Of a stretch of 64,000 nt of DNA, positions 28,284 through 43,569 are shown one piece after another. The position numbers and the translations under genes were made by a program. Below the pieces are notes generated by a model, which was given only the letters and a program-made list of their open reading frames with translations, made no database searches and was not told where the DNA came from. The first letter of the stretch is position 1. Each line of letters opens with the position of its first letter. The stretch is from Trichoplax adhaerens. Taxonomy: Eukaryota; Animalia; Placozoa. Location of the stretch: NCBI RefSeq assembly GCF_000150275.1, contig NW_002060943.1, positions 4,484,008 to 4,548,007 on the forward strand, given 5' to 3'.

Positions 28284-31200
28284 GGCGTTTATTAATAAGC
28301 CAGGGCCAAGATCATTCTTGTCTGGAGGTCATATTATAATTTACGGTAGTTGCTATCCAGCACAATTACGATTACAATGTTGATAGTTATTGCTATTATT
28401 AGCCTCATCAACTATAATTGCTATGTCTACCCTGATGAGTATTCTATCCATTAATTGTTTTAATTATAAAAGATTGAATAACTGCAATAATAATTATTCC
28501 ATTTTTTTCAGGAACAATATATGAAAATTAAGCAAGAAAATGCGATGATACAATAAAGATAATTATCGTTAATTTAAATATTTTTTTCACATGTCAAATT
28601 ACAAAGGTAAGCATTAAATTCCACATCAACGGAATATAAAAACATGCATTGAAAACCAATAAGTGATATGCGACGTGATGGGAGGAGATTTGTTAAAATA
28701 GGAATTGTTACAAATCAAAGGTGCTGGGTAATAACTAAACAAGCGAATGAGATTTGAGGAAATAAATAGACAGGAATACAGAGAGAGAGAGTAATAATGT
28801 AGACTATGCAATTTATAGCAAATAATTAATAGAATGTAGGGATAATGCCATAATGAAAATGAGGAAGGAAGGGATATTAAGAGAAAGAGTATAAATTTGA
28901 TTAAACAGTAGGTTAGTTTTAACAGAGTATTCCTTATTGAGTAGCCACTAATATAAATCAATGCAGTGAAACAATCAATCTTCTTTGAATACAATAGTTA
29001 TTAGCTCTGCCGGTAGGGGTTGTCTCTTCGTTAATAATAGAACGGTAGGTGAACTGGACTGAATTAGAATGGTGTCAAAAGATTTCAATCAGAAAAAGAA
29101 AAGATTTCAGATGAAAAATAAAACATTTCATGTGTAATATTCAATAAAGCAATGATACCGGTAAGCAGTAAATATCTACAGGACATGCACCTGCTGGGAT
29201 AGTATCTATTATGTAACTAACAACACTGTTGATTTGTTTAGTATTAACAGTAGCCAAAAGTAATAAAAGCTTAAAATAGTAGTAACAGCTACGTTTAGAG
29301 CCAGCTTAGTAAAAGAGTTCTATAATTAATGACTTTTATTATCATTTCGATTACTGTTATCATTTTTCTTATTATTGATCAACATATTTTGCTTATTAAC
29401 TTTAACTGTAGCCATCCGATTATATTAAACACATTAATCAGTGATGCTTTCAGTTCTGATTCAAATCTAATGATCAATCACATTAAATGTCTTAAGAGTA
29501 ATCATAACTAATAAAGTATAAACACTCAAAATACTAATTCTGCATTTTTAAAGTGCTGAGTCAATTTAGCCGATTTAGATTATAATTAAAATTCTATTGT
29601 TACCTAATATGTACAATATTATTTCATCTATATCTATCTATCAATCTATCTAGCATTTCTACGAATTTAGATTTATTACTCAAATATAATTTCTAATAGC
29701 AGAATAATTTAAAGCAGCCAATAATGTTTTACACATCGATGACGGCTGAGCGATTTACTCTCCAATCTATACAGAATAAAATAATTAATTCGTTGATATT
29801 AATCAGGAGTGATAACGACATAGAAATTTTTTAGTAGTAATTGATCAATATGAGAATCTTTTATCTTTAAAGTATAAATGCATAAAATCTATACCCCAAA
29901 GTTTAAAATATATTCTAAAGACTTTTAATATTGATCTTTCATGTTAATTATATACCATCACAACGGATTTAATTAAATTGAGACCGCTACCATTTAATGA
30001 TCAATACTAACTGATACGCATTTATAGTAATCTATTAATCTACAGTATTGCGTTCAGTACAAATTTGTTCACTATTAATGGGTATCACACCTGCCTTACA
30101 CCATAGTTAACTATACCGTACTATTGAATAATGATTGCAGAAGTGATTATAGTGGTAGCTAATGCAAACTGTTGTTGCTACTACTTTAGACATTAATGCA
30201 GTCAGGTAACAATTAATTTCCTGAACGAATGAGAGACTCATTCAATAAAAAAATAGATCAAGCTGTAATTAGAAAATATTGAATAATATCATTTACGGGT
30301 GATTATCAGTCCCCTAGATCAATCACAGTAGAATAAAATCATTATATATTATCAGTATCCTAAGAACAATGTGTCACCAAAATTTCTTAATTGATCCAGT
30401 ATTATTAGAAAAATAGGAAATTACGGTCAATTTCTAATGTTTTATATTGCGTACGTTCATGATTAATAGCGTCTGACCGGTGAAATTAAGCTATTTGGGG
30501 GCTTTATCAGATAGATGTAAAGGTTATACAATAACTACATATGATAAATTTATTGATCCAAAGCAGCATGAAATTTCGTCCTTTCAGACATTTCGATCTC
30601 ATTATTGTCTGTTATCACGTTTACGACTCGTCATTGAATAATTGCTATTAAATAACACGTAGAAAACGACCAGAGCTTATTTATTCTTAGATGAGAATAC
30701 CACCAGCTAAAAAAATACCCTAGTAGCAAAGGAAGTTAAAAATAGAGTTGTTAATGAGCGTTTCAGTGGATAATATAATTTAGTCTTTATGTCAATAATA
30801 TTGTAATCATAGCTATGAGTATTATGTAACAGGAATGCCAAAATTTTACATATGCAATTTCTACTGTTATTGTTTCTATAATTTAAATAAATATTCATTA
30901 TAGCTCTTAATTAAACTTCACTTTAATATAGTATAGATCAGACATTGATAAATTGCTCATTAGTGAATATTAGGGAAAAACGGTGATAAGATTATAGCTT
31001 TATTTCGAGTATTGGCTTAATGAATTGCTAGTCTATATAATCCTTATATAGGCACATTAGTAATAAATAGCTAACCGTATCTATCTATAATTCCATATTA
31101 TTTTATCAACATAGCCTTATCCTATTGTATAAAGCTATTTAAATTTAAGTTACTTTAAGAAAATTACTTTTGCAGTAAATTAGATTCTATTGATTCAAAA

Positions 31201-34200
31201 ATTAAATTAATATCAACGTTATAATTACTTACCGCAACTTTATTTGCAATACTGTATCCATCAAGGTAAGATCAGTATGCTTCCCATTATAATTAAGCAA
31301 CCAATAATTTACCTTTGCAAATATTAATCAACGAATTAGATCATATGACAATCAATGTCTTGGAAGATTTGATTAGCCATCAAAAGGAAACAACAGCGGA
31401 AGAGGAATCAAAATCTATTAATCAAAATTGAGTTACAGCAATTTTGCCAAGGGTCACGAAATATTTTGATTGTAAATAGCGGGTAGAGTGCATTTACATC
31501 TTACGTGGATTTATTGATCAGCTTATAAAATAATAAAATAAGGGAAGTCAATCTATTCTTAAAAGAAAAGATTTACTTATGAAACATGACTACTATTTTC
31601 TGTATGGATACATTATGAAATATGTTCATATTGCATTTCACTTTTTTGATTACAGCATAAAGCTCTTGATTGAAGGGATAACTAAAATATTTAATCAACT
31701 GTATAGGCACAGAAATGAAATTATAAGCTAGATATTTGACCACCACATTTCTGCTTAGCTAAGAACTGTTTGCTGGGTACAGCATAATTCTACAGTCACA
31801 TAGATCTACCATCTTTCATTAACTGATATCAGCAAAAAAACATTAAAATATCAAGAAGATATCCAATGTTTTTACTTAACTTTAATACCATGAGGTAGGT
31901 GAATCTTTTTTTAATTTACTGCGCAAGGGAATATTAATATAGAAATAAAAGAGGGAAACAATGAAAATGTATGAAAATCGCTTGCTATTGCAAACTAATC
32001 ATTGTATTTTATAGCTAACAATTCGATCTTAACATCATTATAGCTAATATATTTATTACCATTATTACCAGTTTTGCGGCTGCATTTGATTAGGTATGGA
32101 ACAAAGCGGGTTTAATTTTTACTTCATTTCATAAATACAAAGATGATATGCGATTAGCCTCATCAAATGATGCTAAAGTTTACGCTTACTTAAAAGAAAT
32201 CTAAAAAAGGCCTACGAAGGTAATCTGAGCCATTGGTGCTAACGAATGCTATAATTTTTCGCAATGACAACGACATCTTTTGATCACAATACAACTAGTA
32301 CTGCAATTTATGAGATTGAAATAATGAAATATTTAGAATATATAGCTTTACAAGAACATTTCATTCGAATGTCACTATTGGTAAATACAGTGTTGATGAT
32401 ATAGATTTGATCTGACAGATTATAATGCTTGGTTTTAAGAAAAATCCGAAATTTCCGTCTTATATATTATACTTCCGATTAATTAAAAAGAACTTTAGTA
32501 ATATTTATTTTTATCATAGGATCATAGTGATTTAATAGCGATGACTAAATATAGTCAATGTTCTGTTACTGCCGTAGGCTACAAAAGATGAATTATAAAT
32601 ACAATATTTTTACTTCCTACTTATAGATAATGCAGTAAATTCGTATTTTATTGCCCATACAGTAATATCGAAATAGTGACCACGGTAGCGATATAGGTAA
32701 AACAGAGTTGGAATGAATCCAGTATTTCATCAAGTGATCTATAAGCAGCCTTTCTGGCCAAATTACTTAGTATAAGACAGTAATAAAAGTTATTAAACTA
32801 CAATAATACAAGACAAATCTCTACGCTGTGTACGATGCATTTTGTATTTGTTAGTATTAAAAATGTTTCTTAAGTATCCAAGAATAAATTTTTTATCTAA
32901 AAATATAGTAATTCAATCAATATAGCCCCTACAAAAAGTAGCTACTACAATCAACGTAAAATATTGCTTCAAACCAATTTCACATACAATCAAAATTTAG
33001 TAATGCCACGTTCTTATGCTAATTCTTGTTTACATTATTCGTAATGATTTAGACTGCTGATAATTTGTTACTGTGCTTGAAACTAGAAATATTTTAGGAG
33101 TAGTGTTTAATAAAACTGTAGATTACAACTCAGCTATAATCATTAGCAGAACTTACAGTTTTTGTAATACAATGCAGAATTAATAATTCTAAATGAGTCT
33201 ATTATTGATAATATTGGCACCGAGAATAGCATTGTACATCTTGTTGTTTTTAAGGTCAATTTTTGGATATAAAATTCAATAGTTATTTTTCACTATACAA
33301 CTATAAATGAATTAAATTAAAACAATTTCATTTTTTTTGTCAATGCAAGGGGCTATTAATCGATCGCATGACTACAACGCATGAAATTAGGCCAATTTAA
33401 GAAGTTTTGATATTGTCAAATCGGGAGCTTGAAAGCTATTTCTATTTTATTCTACGAAATGTCAGTTAGAATTTTTAAACTATCAGTATTTGCATTAAAA
33501 TATTTGCTAAAGCAAAAGCTAGTTTTAATTTGTAAATATGGTTTATAATATGAAGCAATCACGAAATTTTCAAGGATATAGCTGTCATAAATCTTTGCTA
33601 CTTGGTTACTTTGCTGTAGACGATAATATCGTATGCATACTAATGAATTAATTATAACTAATGATTTTAATTGTAAATAGCGATGCCTAATAACTTACCA
33701 AGTTTTAAATAATGTTTATACCTTTATTTATGTCTTTCGTTTATCGTGAGAAATGATTTGAACATGAATCATTTGTTGAAAGACGCAATATAAACATAAT
33801 AAACTACGTAATTTTCCACATGAAAAAGCAGACGTCTGTATTTCATAATCTCCGGTTAATTCAAAAAGTTAGTAAGACCTGTCAAAATTGCAGTTTTTAA
33901 TGCATTTATTCAAACAATATCATTCCATTTATTATTAGCCCACTGCTTATGAATTAGACCGGTATTTCATCTTGTAATTGAATTTCAATTATATGCATAG
34001 AAGATAAAAGAAGGTGATTCCTTTATTATCTTATTATAACCAAGTTATTTTTATTAACATTAGTTTAGGTATACTATCAATTCTAAAATTGCGTTGTAAA
34101 CAGAATGATAATAATATTAATATAAACTACTGCCTACATTTTATGGTATCAAACTTCGATTAATAATAAAATTTAATCAATTTTATACTCCTTTCATAAC

Positions 34201-37200
34201 AGGTGTAACTTTAAAGGATGTAGATAATATGGGGAATTTTATAAGCTATGATCTAATGAACTAATAAACTAACATTATCTGGCCGTTTAATGGTAATGAC
34301 CTATCTGACAATACAATAACTGAAATTGTTTTGTATGTATAATTTAATTTACTTTATTGACGATGCTGAATAATATGTGTCAGTACGACATTAAATTTGA
34401 ATTTTATAAAATAATGAATATCTTATGATAACTTGCGTATTAAATACCATTTCGATACCCAAGTAGTGGATGGGATATAGTATTTGTTAGGTGGCTTAAT
34501 ATTGCATATAGCACCTTTTTACAGTCGTGAGATTCCACCTTTTTCGTTTTCAGAATTTAATCGTAAGAATTCTATACCAAAAATTTATTTAGGCTAAGAG
34601 TCACAATTATTTGTTCTGGTAGAATGGGCTTCATTTAGGCATTACAGAATACCATAAATCAATCAATTAATTGTGCCACTTAAGACTAGCTTTAATGATT
34701 GCTTAAATATAAAATAGCAGACAGCATTCCGTAAACTCAATTTCAATAACAATACATATCCAGTTCAGTAAGTTATACGTACAGGATAGAATAAAATAAA
34801 GGCTACGAATTATGTAAGAAACTCAAAAAGGCATTTAGCCGTTAGGATATTGGTCGACAATATTGGCTATAAGAATAAAGTATTTGGAAACAATATATTG
34901 CAGATTAACGACAGTTCCTCATGCATTTAACTACCATCTACAGCGAAATTACTTATTAAATTTCTATTGGATATCTGCGGCCGATACTTTTATTAGATGA
35001 GTCGACATTATATTATGACCACCATTTCGATAAAAAAATTAGACCATGGCTGAATAAACGAATGATTCAGTTACTAAATTTACAGCTAATTGTTTAGCAA
35101 AATAACTTTTCTTTATCCCAAATATATGAATATGTGTTAATGGATTTCGTCGAGACTTAGTCCTATATCGTATAGTAATAATAACACCAATCTTTCCTTT
35201 TACAGAAAATTTTATAGACTGTTACTGATATTGTTAATACAGTAAGCTATTCGTATATTTTATAAACTATGCTCGACTTTTTATGCTGTAAATAGCTTTG
35301 AGACAAAAGTCTTCAATATCAAATAGAATGTATTGTTAAGATAGTTGCATATGTCAAGACTTAGGGCTATTGTTATCTTGAAGCCTAAAAGATCATGGTC
35401 ATAAAGATTCAGAAATAATATGAAAGATTGTGAGGATGGGATCGATCTCTAAAACAAACAATTTACTCTAAGAAATAGTTTTAAATTTTATCGAATTAAA
35501 TAGATGCTTAATAAACAATGGAAGTAGCTTATAATAACTGAAATCTGCAAATTATCCAAGTATACTGTGTATGTTAGATATACAAATATACTATTGTCAA
35601 TCAAGAGTTTAACGGTGTGCCGTAAACCATTAAATTTCAAATACGACAGGTATTATCTAAATGGTAGAATTTTAAACTGATTATATTCTTGATTTACAGT
35701 ATTTATAATTTTATATCAATTTAGGAAGTGATGTTAATTAGTCTAGACATTAGCCGATTAAATTGCTGTTGGCAGTTACAGATGATATAGTATGATGATG
35801 TATCGTAAAAAATTACAATGCCCTCAAGGCAAGCTACCGAAAATTTTTGATAACGAATAAAGATAATATCTATAATGCTCTCAGCTTTAAAAATAATAGA
35901 GTAACAGTAGATGCGGAACTTCCTAGTAATGGTTGCTGATAAATATTTTATAATCCTATCAAGTAAATTTTCTAGATAAATTGATAGAAGATCATTACGA
36001 ATTACTATGCCAATTCTATATTATTTTTAAGATATCATTTAAATAGCATCGAGCCAGGACACACTTTTCAGTAGAGTAGAACTACATTAATTTAATGCTT
36101 AGATATTTGTAAGGCTTCTATTTATGTTTTGACTAAGCGTGTTTACAGATATATTATTTTCATTCCTTAAGCTTTTGTCTTACGATATAACTGAATTAAG
36201 GATTATAAAGCTACAATATGACCCTGGTGGCGCATATAAAGCCATTAAATGCTAATCTAAGTTACCCGTAGCCAAATAGCTTGTGACTAGTGAAACAGGT
36301 AAAGATATAAAATATGGTGTAAAAGTGGCAGTTCCATGCTATTATTAGAGCTACTCTATAAACTATATTTAGTTATTTCGATTTATTATTTAATTACTCT
36401 AGCTAATTGTAGTGTATTTAGAATATACTATAACCATATTCTGCTCTTAAATATAGACATGTGTGACAGTGTTATGTACTGTATTAGAGTAGAAATATCT
36501 ATGTTAAGATAATCCTGTTAGCCTATCCTTATTTTAGTTAACTTCTAATTTGGATATACTGTGTTTTAATATAACATTGACTTTTTACGACAGAGACACA
36601 TATACATGTAATGAAATTAATAATTATAATAGGGAATGCAAATCATCTACTTACAGTTCGAATCATTGTGATTGTAATTTACTTATGGTAGATTGTAAAT
36701 TATCATGGAAATGTTCCGTGATAGGACATATCGTAATCTGACTATTCTGTATTAGTCATTACATGTCTATGTTCTTAAATACTGTTGTCTGCATTAAGGG
36801 AGCAGTAACTAAAATTAATATCTAATTCAGTAAATGATTCCAAAGTTAATTGTATTAACTATGACTCATGAACTATTGAGGAATAGTATATAAATGCAGT
36901 ATATCATGAAATAAAGTGGATTCTCAAACTTAGTGTTTAACGTAAAATACGAGGCGTCTAAGTCTTTGTGTAGTCTGCTAGTAGAGCAAAAAGTATTTCT
37001 GATAGTGTAGATATCGTTCCTTGATACGTGGTTCAAGGAATTGACTTATTGATCGTACATTACATTATCTTGTTGTAAAGTTTTTTTGTGACAACATGTT
37101 GTATTGATCTTATATTTATACATATCTACAGTCTGTTCGCTCTACATTCAAATATGGCTTACTGCATTTAGTTATTACAGTCCTCGCTATTTTCTACAAT

Positions 37201-40200
37201 CATCTGCTATTCTAAAATCTGTTATGGTATATATTGTATCTAATCCTACAATCATATTCTCTGCATGTGTTCTAATGCCATAGCTATAAATACTGCCATT
37301 TTCTACCTTAGACTTCTTAAGTTGCATTATTAGTCACAGTTAGCATTCACATGTTACTCACGGCAGCTACCAAGCTGACCTACTGTAATTATCACGCTGT
37401 ACCTAACTACTATCTACAATAAGGTATCCTCTTTTCTTAAACTCCTTGTACAATTCTCTGCATGGCAACTAAATCCACATTATCTGACTCTTCGAACCCT
37501 CCATCACACTGATATACTGAAAGAAATATACATATATGATAATTACGCTGTAAATTAATGCTCTAAGCAATCCCTACTATTTATTTCCAAACATCAACTG
37601 TAGTACCTTGTTCCTTTTACACGGAAATCATACGCGGATATGATGTTTGAGTAAATCTCTGGAGGGTGCCACAACTAAAAACAATCGAATAGCTATTGGT
37701 ATTTGTAGCAGATTCACTAGGAATCTTGTAACTTGCAGCTAGATAATAATACGATGCCAAAACTCCATTAAAGTACATGCCTTATAGTCAGTTTTACTTT
37801 GAATGCTGATAACTAAGGCATATAGCTTTAAGATGCTTAGGTAGTAGTATTTAAAAATGGAAAACATACTGTACTTTATACTCTGCTAATAATTTCGTAA
37901 TTAAAAGAAGATTATGCTATAATTAAGAACGTTGTCATTGTAGCCTAATAATTAATATTTATTAATCAGCTTTTAGCCCACATGATATAAAAATTTCCAC
38001 CATGTATGCACTTGAATTATTCTTGAAATTTTCACTGTATTACTGGATTTGTAAATTTAATATAACTAGTAATACAGTAACTCCTTTAATTCATGAAATA
38101 GTTAGTATTCTAAGTGATTTTTTTAATATACTGGAACTACTTTTGTATTGCACACTAGACATAAATTACGTACTGCTGCACTTATGATAAACCTTCAATT
38201 GATATGGAATTTTATTGAGGCTTACAATCCAGAAGATTTCAAATTCATACACTTATGATTTGGACATTTTACTAGAGTTGAAAGTTTAAAATTTTAGTTC
38301 ATTGGAGTATGTTCAAATTAAGTCAAACTCGATAATTGGTAAAATTTTTTAATTTTGTACGTAAAATTATAGTAACACTTATTGCTAATTTAATACATCA
38401 GGTCGAGTTCAGCCAATGAAGATTTTCGTCTCAAATTTAGTAAAATTGGTTGCGATATCAGTAGTGGATCTTATTTCGAGACCATCAATAGTCTTAAAAG
38501 TTATTACTGTTCAGTATCATGATGTGAATACTGACACTATCGTAGCAAGAGTTTGATACACCATAGTGACAATTGAAATTCTTATTTCCTACACTGATAT
38601 TAAATAGAATTGAATAAAGCACTGAAATAATCATTGCAATAATTTCCTACCGCTGATAGGTTATACATTGGTGATGTTGAAGAGAAAATGCAAGATATTT
38701 TAAGTTAAGTTAAAATTGAAAATTTACTTGCTAACTTGATACTATCGCGCATTAGTGATAAAAATTTAATGTCTTAATTAGTCATAAATTATTTTCAACA
38801 ACTACTGTAGCTTTATTTGATATGGTATTTATTTGGGAAGCAGATATGATCAAGAATAGGGCATAAAATATATTTTTAATGTACAGCATTAAGGATAATA
38901 AACAATTTTATAAAATTCGTTAATTTAAAATTTTTTGGCTGCTATACTGCTCAATGCAACAATAACTTCAGTACTAAATTGTAAAGGTATGCAATATTTG
39001 TTTCTTTAGCAACCATAGATTACTCATAGTTTTCGTCAACTAGGTGTGAATCTTTTTTAGACAGCAGCCAACTAATTAAGCAGCCATGAAAATTAATGGA
39101 TATGAGACAATAATATGATAGAATAAGCCCTTGAACTGACTAAATTTTTTTTGTAGCGCTTTGATTAAGTTTATTCTCTTGCCTCTATATATATTCACAA
39201 GAAAATGAAGTCTTTATTGGAAATAAAGTCTGACTAAATGCAATGATAATTAATAATTATTATAGTAATTTATAGGAGTACTTATATGAGTTCTGAAGTC
39301 TGTACTTTGATATTATGCTGATTTTGATTCATCTTATGCATTAAGCCGCAATTGTTAATTTTAGGATGTTAAGGAATTACGGCGCAGTATGAATGTCAAA
39401 ACAAATAAATAAGTTGTATAATAGTTGGTAATTTCAGTGATTTAGAGTGATGCCAATCATTTCTTTTTCTTGGAATTAAACATGTTAGAACGGACACGTT
39501 CAAGAATCTATAATTAAACATCCTTTCAGAGCTTAGTTACGGTTTTAAAACTGCCTACAATCTTAGTTTTACCAATCAATTACCCATAGCAATTCTAGAG
39601 AATGGACTTCGATGTGAAAATAATGTCCCAGTTTACTAAGTTATCATAAAATTTATTTTTAAAATACTTTCAAGTCTATAAAGTACTTTAATCATCATAT
39701 CATGATTTTATTAGCAGAAAATACTAATATACTCCTAATTCGGTCATTTGATAACTTTAAAATGCTTAAGACCATAGCGGAATATCAATAAAGAAAAAAC
39801 ATAGAAAAATTAATACTGAATAAATAAACAAATTTTTAATTCAATTTTCAGTTGATATGCTCCCTTGCTTTATGCTCGCATTACATTTCGTATTAATCAA
39901 CTAATATATATGGTACAGTATATAATTGTATCTAGATGAACAAGATATTTTTTGTCTGTATTTCAACCTTAATAAGCATAAGGTATTGATTCCTGTTGCT
40001 TATAATCATTTCTGTGGTTCGATAGTGTTGATTAACTAGTACTATAGTACGAGTGTACAATCTTTGTAATTTACTGAAAAACTTTATATGTTTGTACTAC
40101 ACATGACAATAGAAGTGGAAAAGGTGATTGCTTACTGTAGCTCGATATATGATTTATTATTTAATAATTACTACAATTAAAATTTAGGTTGTTAATGGAA

Positions 40201-43200
40201 TGGCGACGTTAAGATGTGACTTGTATTTTATCTCACTTTTAACATATGGAAATCTCCAAATTTGCGATTGATGATAAAGGAAAATATGATGATTTTCTAC
40301 AGGATATGTGTAGCAAAAGCCATTGTTTCAGATTTAAATTGCAGTAGATGATACAAAGATTTGCTTGTATTGTAGGGGGTATTCTCGGTTTCATTAATTT
40401 AAAGATGTAAATGGGTGATCCATTTCGCATCTAATGGCTAAGGTGTAAATCAATATCTCGGAGGCAATGAAGATGACGTAATAAAAATCATTGAGACAAC
40501 TATCTGTGTAACCAAATGATCAATTCATTGTTATTGAGAAAAAAATTAATTAAATTTTCAATAAAAATTGTCAGATCAACATTAATAAAATATATTTAGG
40601 GTTTATATATATACTGATATCCTGGACTTTGGATACTAAATTAACAATGATGAAAATAGATTTTATAATTGATAACGGAATATAGACATTAGCGTTCATG
40701 GTATACAGCCAAAGTATTGCATAGACAATACATATCATTTAGAATCAATTTTAAATTTCAAAATTAGAACTGAAACTTCGAAAACAATCGATCATCAATA
40801 TAGCACCAATTTTTAGCTTTCGAACGCGTCCAGTACCTGCAGAGTTAGCATCATTTTATAGAGTCCACTGATACCTGAATGCAATTTTATTTAAGATACA
40901 TGTAAAGATCAATTTATTATGAGATAAACTCTCGGTGATTGTAACATCTAGATTTATTAACAAATCTAAGCTACAGACTTATTTATTTAGATAAAGAAGC
41001 TATTGTATGATATTAATAGAGATGAAAAATTCATAAAATAGTGAGAAAATAAAAGCTACAATGTTACTTATTGTGGAAATAAGGAGCAAGTAGACAGTAA
41101 GTCTGGTAAACGATAACAATAGAATCACACGATATCTGGAGAATAAAGTAATTATAAGTATTGCGTGACTGGAATGACTTAAACTCTATTTCCAGCGATA
41201 ATAATTAATTAAAACGAATGCTCTTTTGCCAATACATGCTACTTTCTTATAGAGTGTATATATTTCTTAATGCGAAATAATGACGAATGAAAGATAGTCT
41301 GCTTATGCTTTACTTAGCAGCAAGGATAACAGTTGCATCTATTAATTTAAATGGTGTAGCGCTTTCAGTTGTTTCATTTAGTAATCCACTATATCAAATA
41401 TGACGCTCTAGTAATCGCATTTAAAATTATTTTGCACTATTGCACAAGTATACCCTGTGAATAAATTATTTCTGTATTGAATTAGTAAACAGAAATTAAT
41501 TATTCCCAATCATGTACACTAATGTACACAAAGCTGATCCTGCTAGAATATCTTAATAGCTTAATAGCCAGGTTGCGATATGAAATTTGCTCGTAAAGTA
41601 TTAACTTTATATTGATGTCGTAAAATTATATTGCAGCTATGATGATAAGTACTGGGCTATCGTAATTTTAATAAGATGCTTGATTGTTTTAATAAGTCAA
41701 CAATTTGTTATATAGAGTAATTAATCATTACTTCAAGGATATGTCTATTTCTAGTTTACTGATTTCACACGGAAATATACTGCATTATTCATTATTCATG
41801 GTTTGATTTCAGGTAATTAGCACCGATCCTGAAACATTGTGTGTATTCAATTCTTTAAATATAGGTTATGACGATACATTCTAATAAAATAAGCTGAAAG
41901 CAATATCTTCATGGAAGACAGAAACTATATAACCATATAATTTTTCATATTATTCACAGATGAGTGAGAGTCTTTGTCTGACTGTTAAACGAAAGACTTC
42001 GGAAATACCTAAATCAGGATCGCTATTGTGTTGTTAATGTGCTTACTCTATACGATATCATGACAGTAGCAGCAGAATGAATTGGCTATCAAAATGGAGC
42101 GTGATGGAAACAAAGTTTTTCAATGTTTGGAAATACTGTAATAAAGTATCTATTAAAAAAAAACATAATCCCGTAGACATTCTTAATATTAAAGAAACTG
42201 CATTTCCGTTATTCGTCAGGCACCCCGAACATATCATATACAATTCTTTATAAATTGCAGTTCTGATTGCGTGATCTTATGTGCTTATGTTACTTTACTG
42301 TCTAAGTGATAAATAGAACAGTTATTGAAGTGGTGAATTGCAGATTTTTCGATTTAATTACAGTTTTATGCCTTCGGGAGGTCGACAGTATTTAAAGTCG
42401 TACTAAAGGTGGATGCCCGGGAAGATGAACTTTACGCTTGGCTGGGAGCCTGGACATTATTGCAGTGGTATACTACTGTACTGTAGTTGGAGTTTTAAAT
42501 TTTCCCAATACAAATTTCGGTTTGTAACACATCTCATTTTAAGTTCAAGTGGAGACAAAAGTTTTGAGAGTGATTCGTAGTTATTTGAATGCCTTCTTAG
42601 AGTGAAGATTTTTCGTAAAATTGTACTTGTCTTGTTAAGAAGTTTATCAGCGAGACAATCGCTAGAAGGGTAATTCTAGATACGCAAGCGACTAAGGAAG
42701 TCCACAAACCTGGCGTTAGCATTGTACCACATAGTAAATTGTGCCAGTTACAAGCACGAAAGCGTTTCTACTGTAATTATTTACCGTAACTCTTAATTAA
42801 GTTTTTAAGCTATAAATGCGCTTTCAAGATATCAATTTTTCGTTAGATGTATTCGATTGTTTTGTATCTGTGCCTTAATTCCTTATACAGCTCGTGCGTG
42901 CTGTTACTTCAGAAGTACTTTATTCGCTGCTTATTTCGATCTTTTACTTTGAAATTTTGTGGCGTAGTAGGATACAACGAAATGTCGCAAGACTTTGAGA
43001 TAAGTCGAGATTTTTGCCTAGCTACTGGCTATCTTTCACACATCCTGCTGTGCGTCGTTACTATACGCTAATTAATGCATACTACAAGCATGCGAAGTAT
43101 CATGCGTAAATTGAGCTCAATAGTTATAGTTAAGTAGACTATACACGTTAATTAAAAAGTTGTTTGTCCGGTAAAATATAGACCAGTACTGATTATATCA

Positions 43201-43569
43201 GTACGGAAACAATTAGGGTATAATTATTGTAAGAGCAATTCTACTTGATATCAAGTTAGAAAGTAGATTTGCTGCATTAACGAGCGGAAAGACTCCTATT
43301 TTGCACTATCTCCTTGTGTCGCAGACTCATTCGTGACATTATGCTACGATTTCAATTAATTCATTCAAAATATTGCTTTCGAAATCAGTCACTAAAATAA
43401 ATTGAGTAGCGAACATTCTTGAGTATAGGCGTGCTCCAATTTATACTCGTTAGCATTTTTTTGAAAGGCAATTTGCGTGCCGTTATTGAATTTATCGTAA
43501 AGTATACCTGATGAATGAGAGTGCAGGACTCAAATAAGCAAAAGGACGTCATATCCACCGTATATCTTT

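Noticed and set aside
35741-35748. Palindromic Smad element GTCTAGAC; search for Brinker-type BMP silencer elements (GRCGNC-N5-GTCT)
   Set aside because: One 8-mer in 64 kb is about chance level, and I found no correctly spaced silencer element by eye (GGCGTC-TAA-GTCT near 36953 has the wrong spacer).
39000-39013. Weak X-box-like GTTTCT-TT-AGCAAC
   Set aside because: More degenerate than the two promoter X-boxes, with no adjacent gene start identified.
42370-42480. GC-rich patch considered as a tRNA or other ncRNA
   Set aside because: No cloverleaf, A/B-box or recognisable RNA-family motif was seen.
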